Shown here: in pieces, positions 63,325 through 64,000 of the stretch
Layout: each line of letters begins with the position of its first letter
How positions within the stretch are numbered: position 1 is the first letter of the stretch
NCBI GenBank assembly: GCA_032718475.1
Contig: JAUCBJ010009126.1
Span: 1-64,000, forward strand
Direction of reading: 5' to 3'
From: Nemertoderma westbladi
Taxonomy: Eukaryota; Animalia; Xenacoelomorpha
DNA: 64,000 nucleotides
Made by a program: the position numbers and the translations under genes
Notes under the pieces: model-generated
The model's input: only the letters and a program-made list of their open reading frames with translations
Database searches by the model: none
Told to the model about the DNA's origin: nothing

Positions 63325-64000
63325 ATGGCTGAGGCAAATGCCGTCTCCCTGAAACTGCCCACCTTCTGGACTAACCAGCCTGAGGTTTGGTTCGCCCAGG
63401 CCGAGGCACAGTTCGCCATCCGGGGCGTCACAACCGAGGCCACTAAGTACTACTACGTGGTGGGGGCCCTCGACCAGGACACTGCCAGTCGCCTCCTCCA
63501 GCTGATCCGGGATCCCCCTACTGTCGACCAGTACGCCCAGATCAAGGCCAAACTCCTCAAGGTGTTCGGACTCTCCCGCCGCGACCGCGCCGCGCGGCTC
63601 TGGGACTTGAACGGCCTCGGCGACCGCCGACCCTCGCAGCTCCTCGGTGAGATGCAGGCACTCCTCGGTGATAACCACCACTGCCTGCTGTTCGAGGAGG
63701 CGTTCCTCCGCCAGATGCCCGACGCCATACGCCTCCAACTCGCCGAGGAGGACTTTCGCGACCTCGACCGCGTCGCAGACCGTGCCGACGCGCTTTGGGA
63801 AACCTCCCGCTCGAGCTCACTCTCCGCTCATGCTGTAGCGACGCCGCTCATCGTACCGGAGCCGGCAGTGCGTACTGTACGAGGTCCCGGCGGGCCGGCC
63901 CGCCACAAGCCCTCCACCGGCCCCCCAACTAGCGGCCGGAGTTCACGCGTCCCCCAGCCTGCTCACGACGACTGGTGCTACTTCCACCAGAAGTTTGGCA
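63325..64000 (+). CDS. gag: Gag of a CsRN1-type Ty3/Gypsy LTR retrotransposon (runs off the window)
   Basis: caccATGG start and 225 stop-free codons: MAEANAVSLKLPTFWTNQPEVWFAQAEAQF...LGDRRPSQLL.EM...WCYFHQKFG, the start of a CHCC knuckle. Confidence 0.93.
   Translation, partial: MAEANAVSLKLPTFWTNQPEVWFAQAEAQFAIRGVTTEATKYYYVVGALDQDTASRLLQLIRDPPTVDQYAQIKAKLLKVFGLSRRDRAARLWDLNGLGDRRPSQLLGEMQALLGDNHHCLLFEEAFLRQMPDAIRLQLAEEDFRDLDRVADRADALWETSRSSSLSAHAVATPLIVPEPAVRTVRGPGGPARHKPSTGPPTSGRSSRVPQPAHDDWCYFHQKFG

Noticed and set aside
63222-63838. Several overlapping ORFs listed in the track near the right edge
   Set aside because: They are shadows of the GC-rich gag frame starting at 63325.

Overview
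AT-rich eukaryotic (animal-like) genomic DNA, not prokaryotic. More than half of the window is tandem repeat: about 17 distinct mini/satellite arrays, the largest being a 73-bp array (~9.7 kb, abutting a 100-N gap) and a 49-bp array (~12.6 kb). Nearly all long ORFs in the supplied track are artefacts of these arrays. Real coding signal that the ORF track missed: (1) the first two coding exons of a class A, neuropeptide-receptor-like GPCR on the minus strand (34028-33920 and 14199-14069), separated by a ~19.7-kb repeat-filled intron, and (2) an intact CsRN1-type Ty3/Gypsy LTR + tRNA-Trp PBS + gag running off the right edge. Also present are a METTL27-like SAM methyltransferase pseudogene with a ~630-bp palindrome 9 bp upstream of its ATG, an acidic repeat-protein ORF broken by a 38-bp Helitron-end-like insert, many decayed LINE fragments (RTE and a second family) and several foldback/MITE elements. 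The most striking non-coding signals are DINE-1/HINE-like elements whose ~147-bp internal repeats each carry a CTCF-like motif (some with the upstream TGCAGTTCY module), and repeated TA-CWG-TA insertions that match Tc1/mariner excision footprints.
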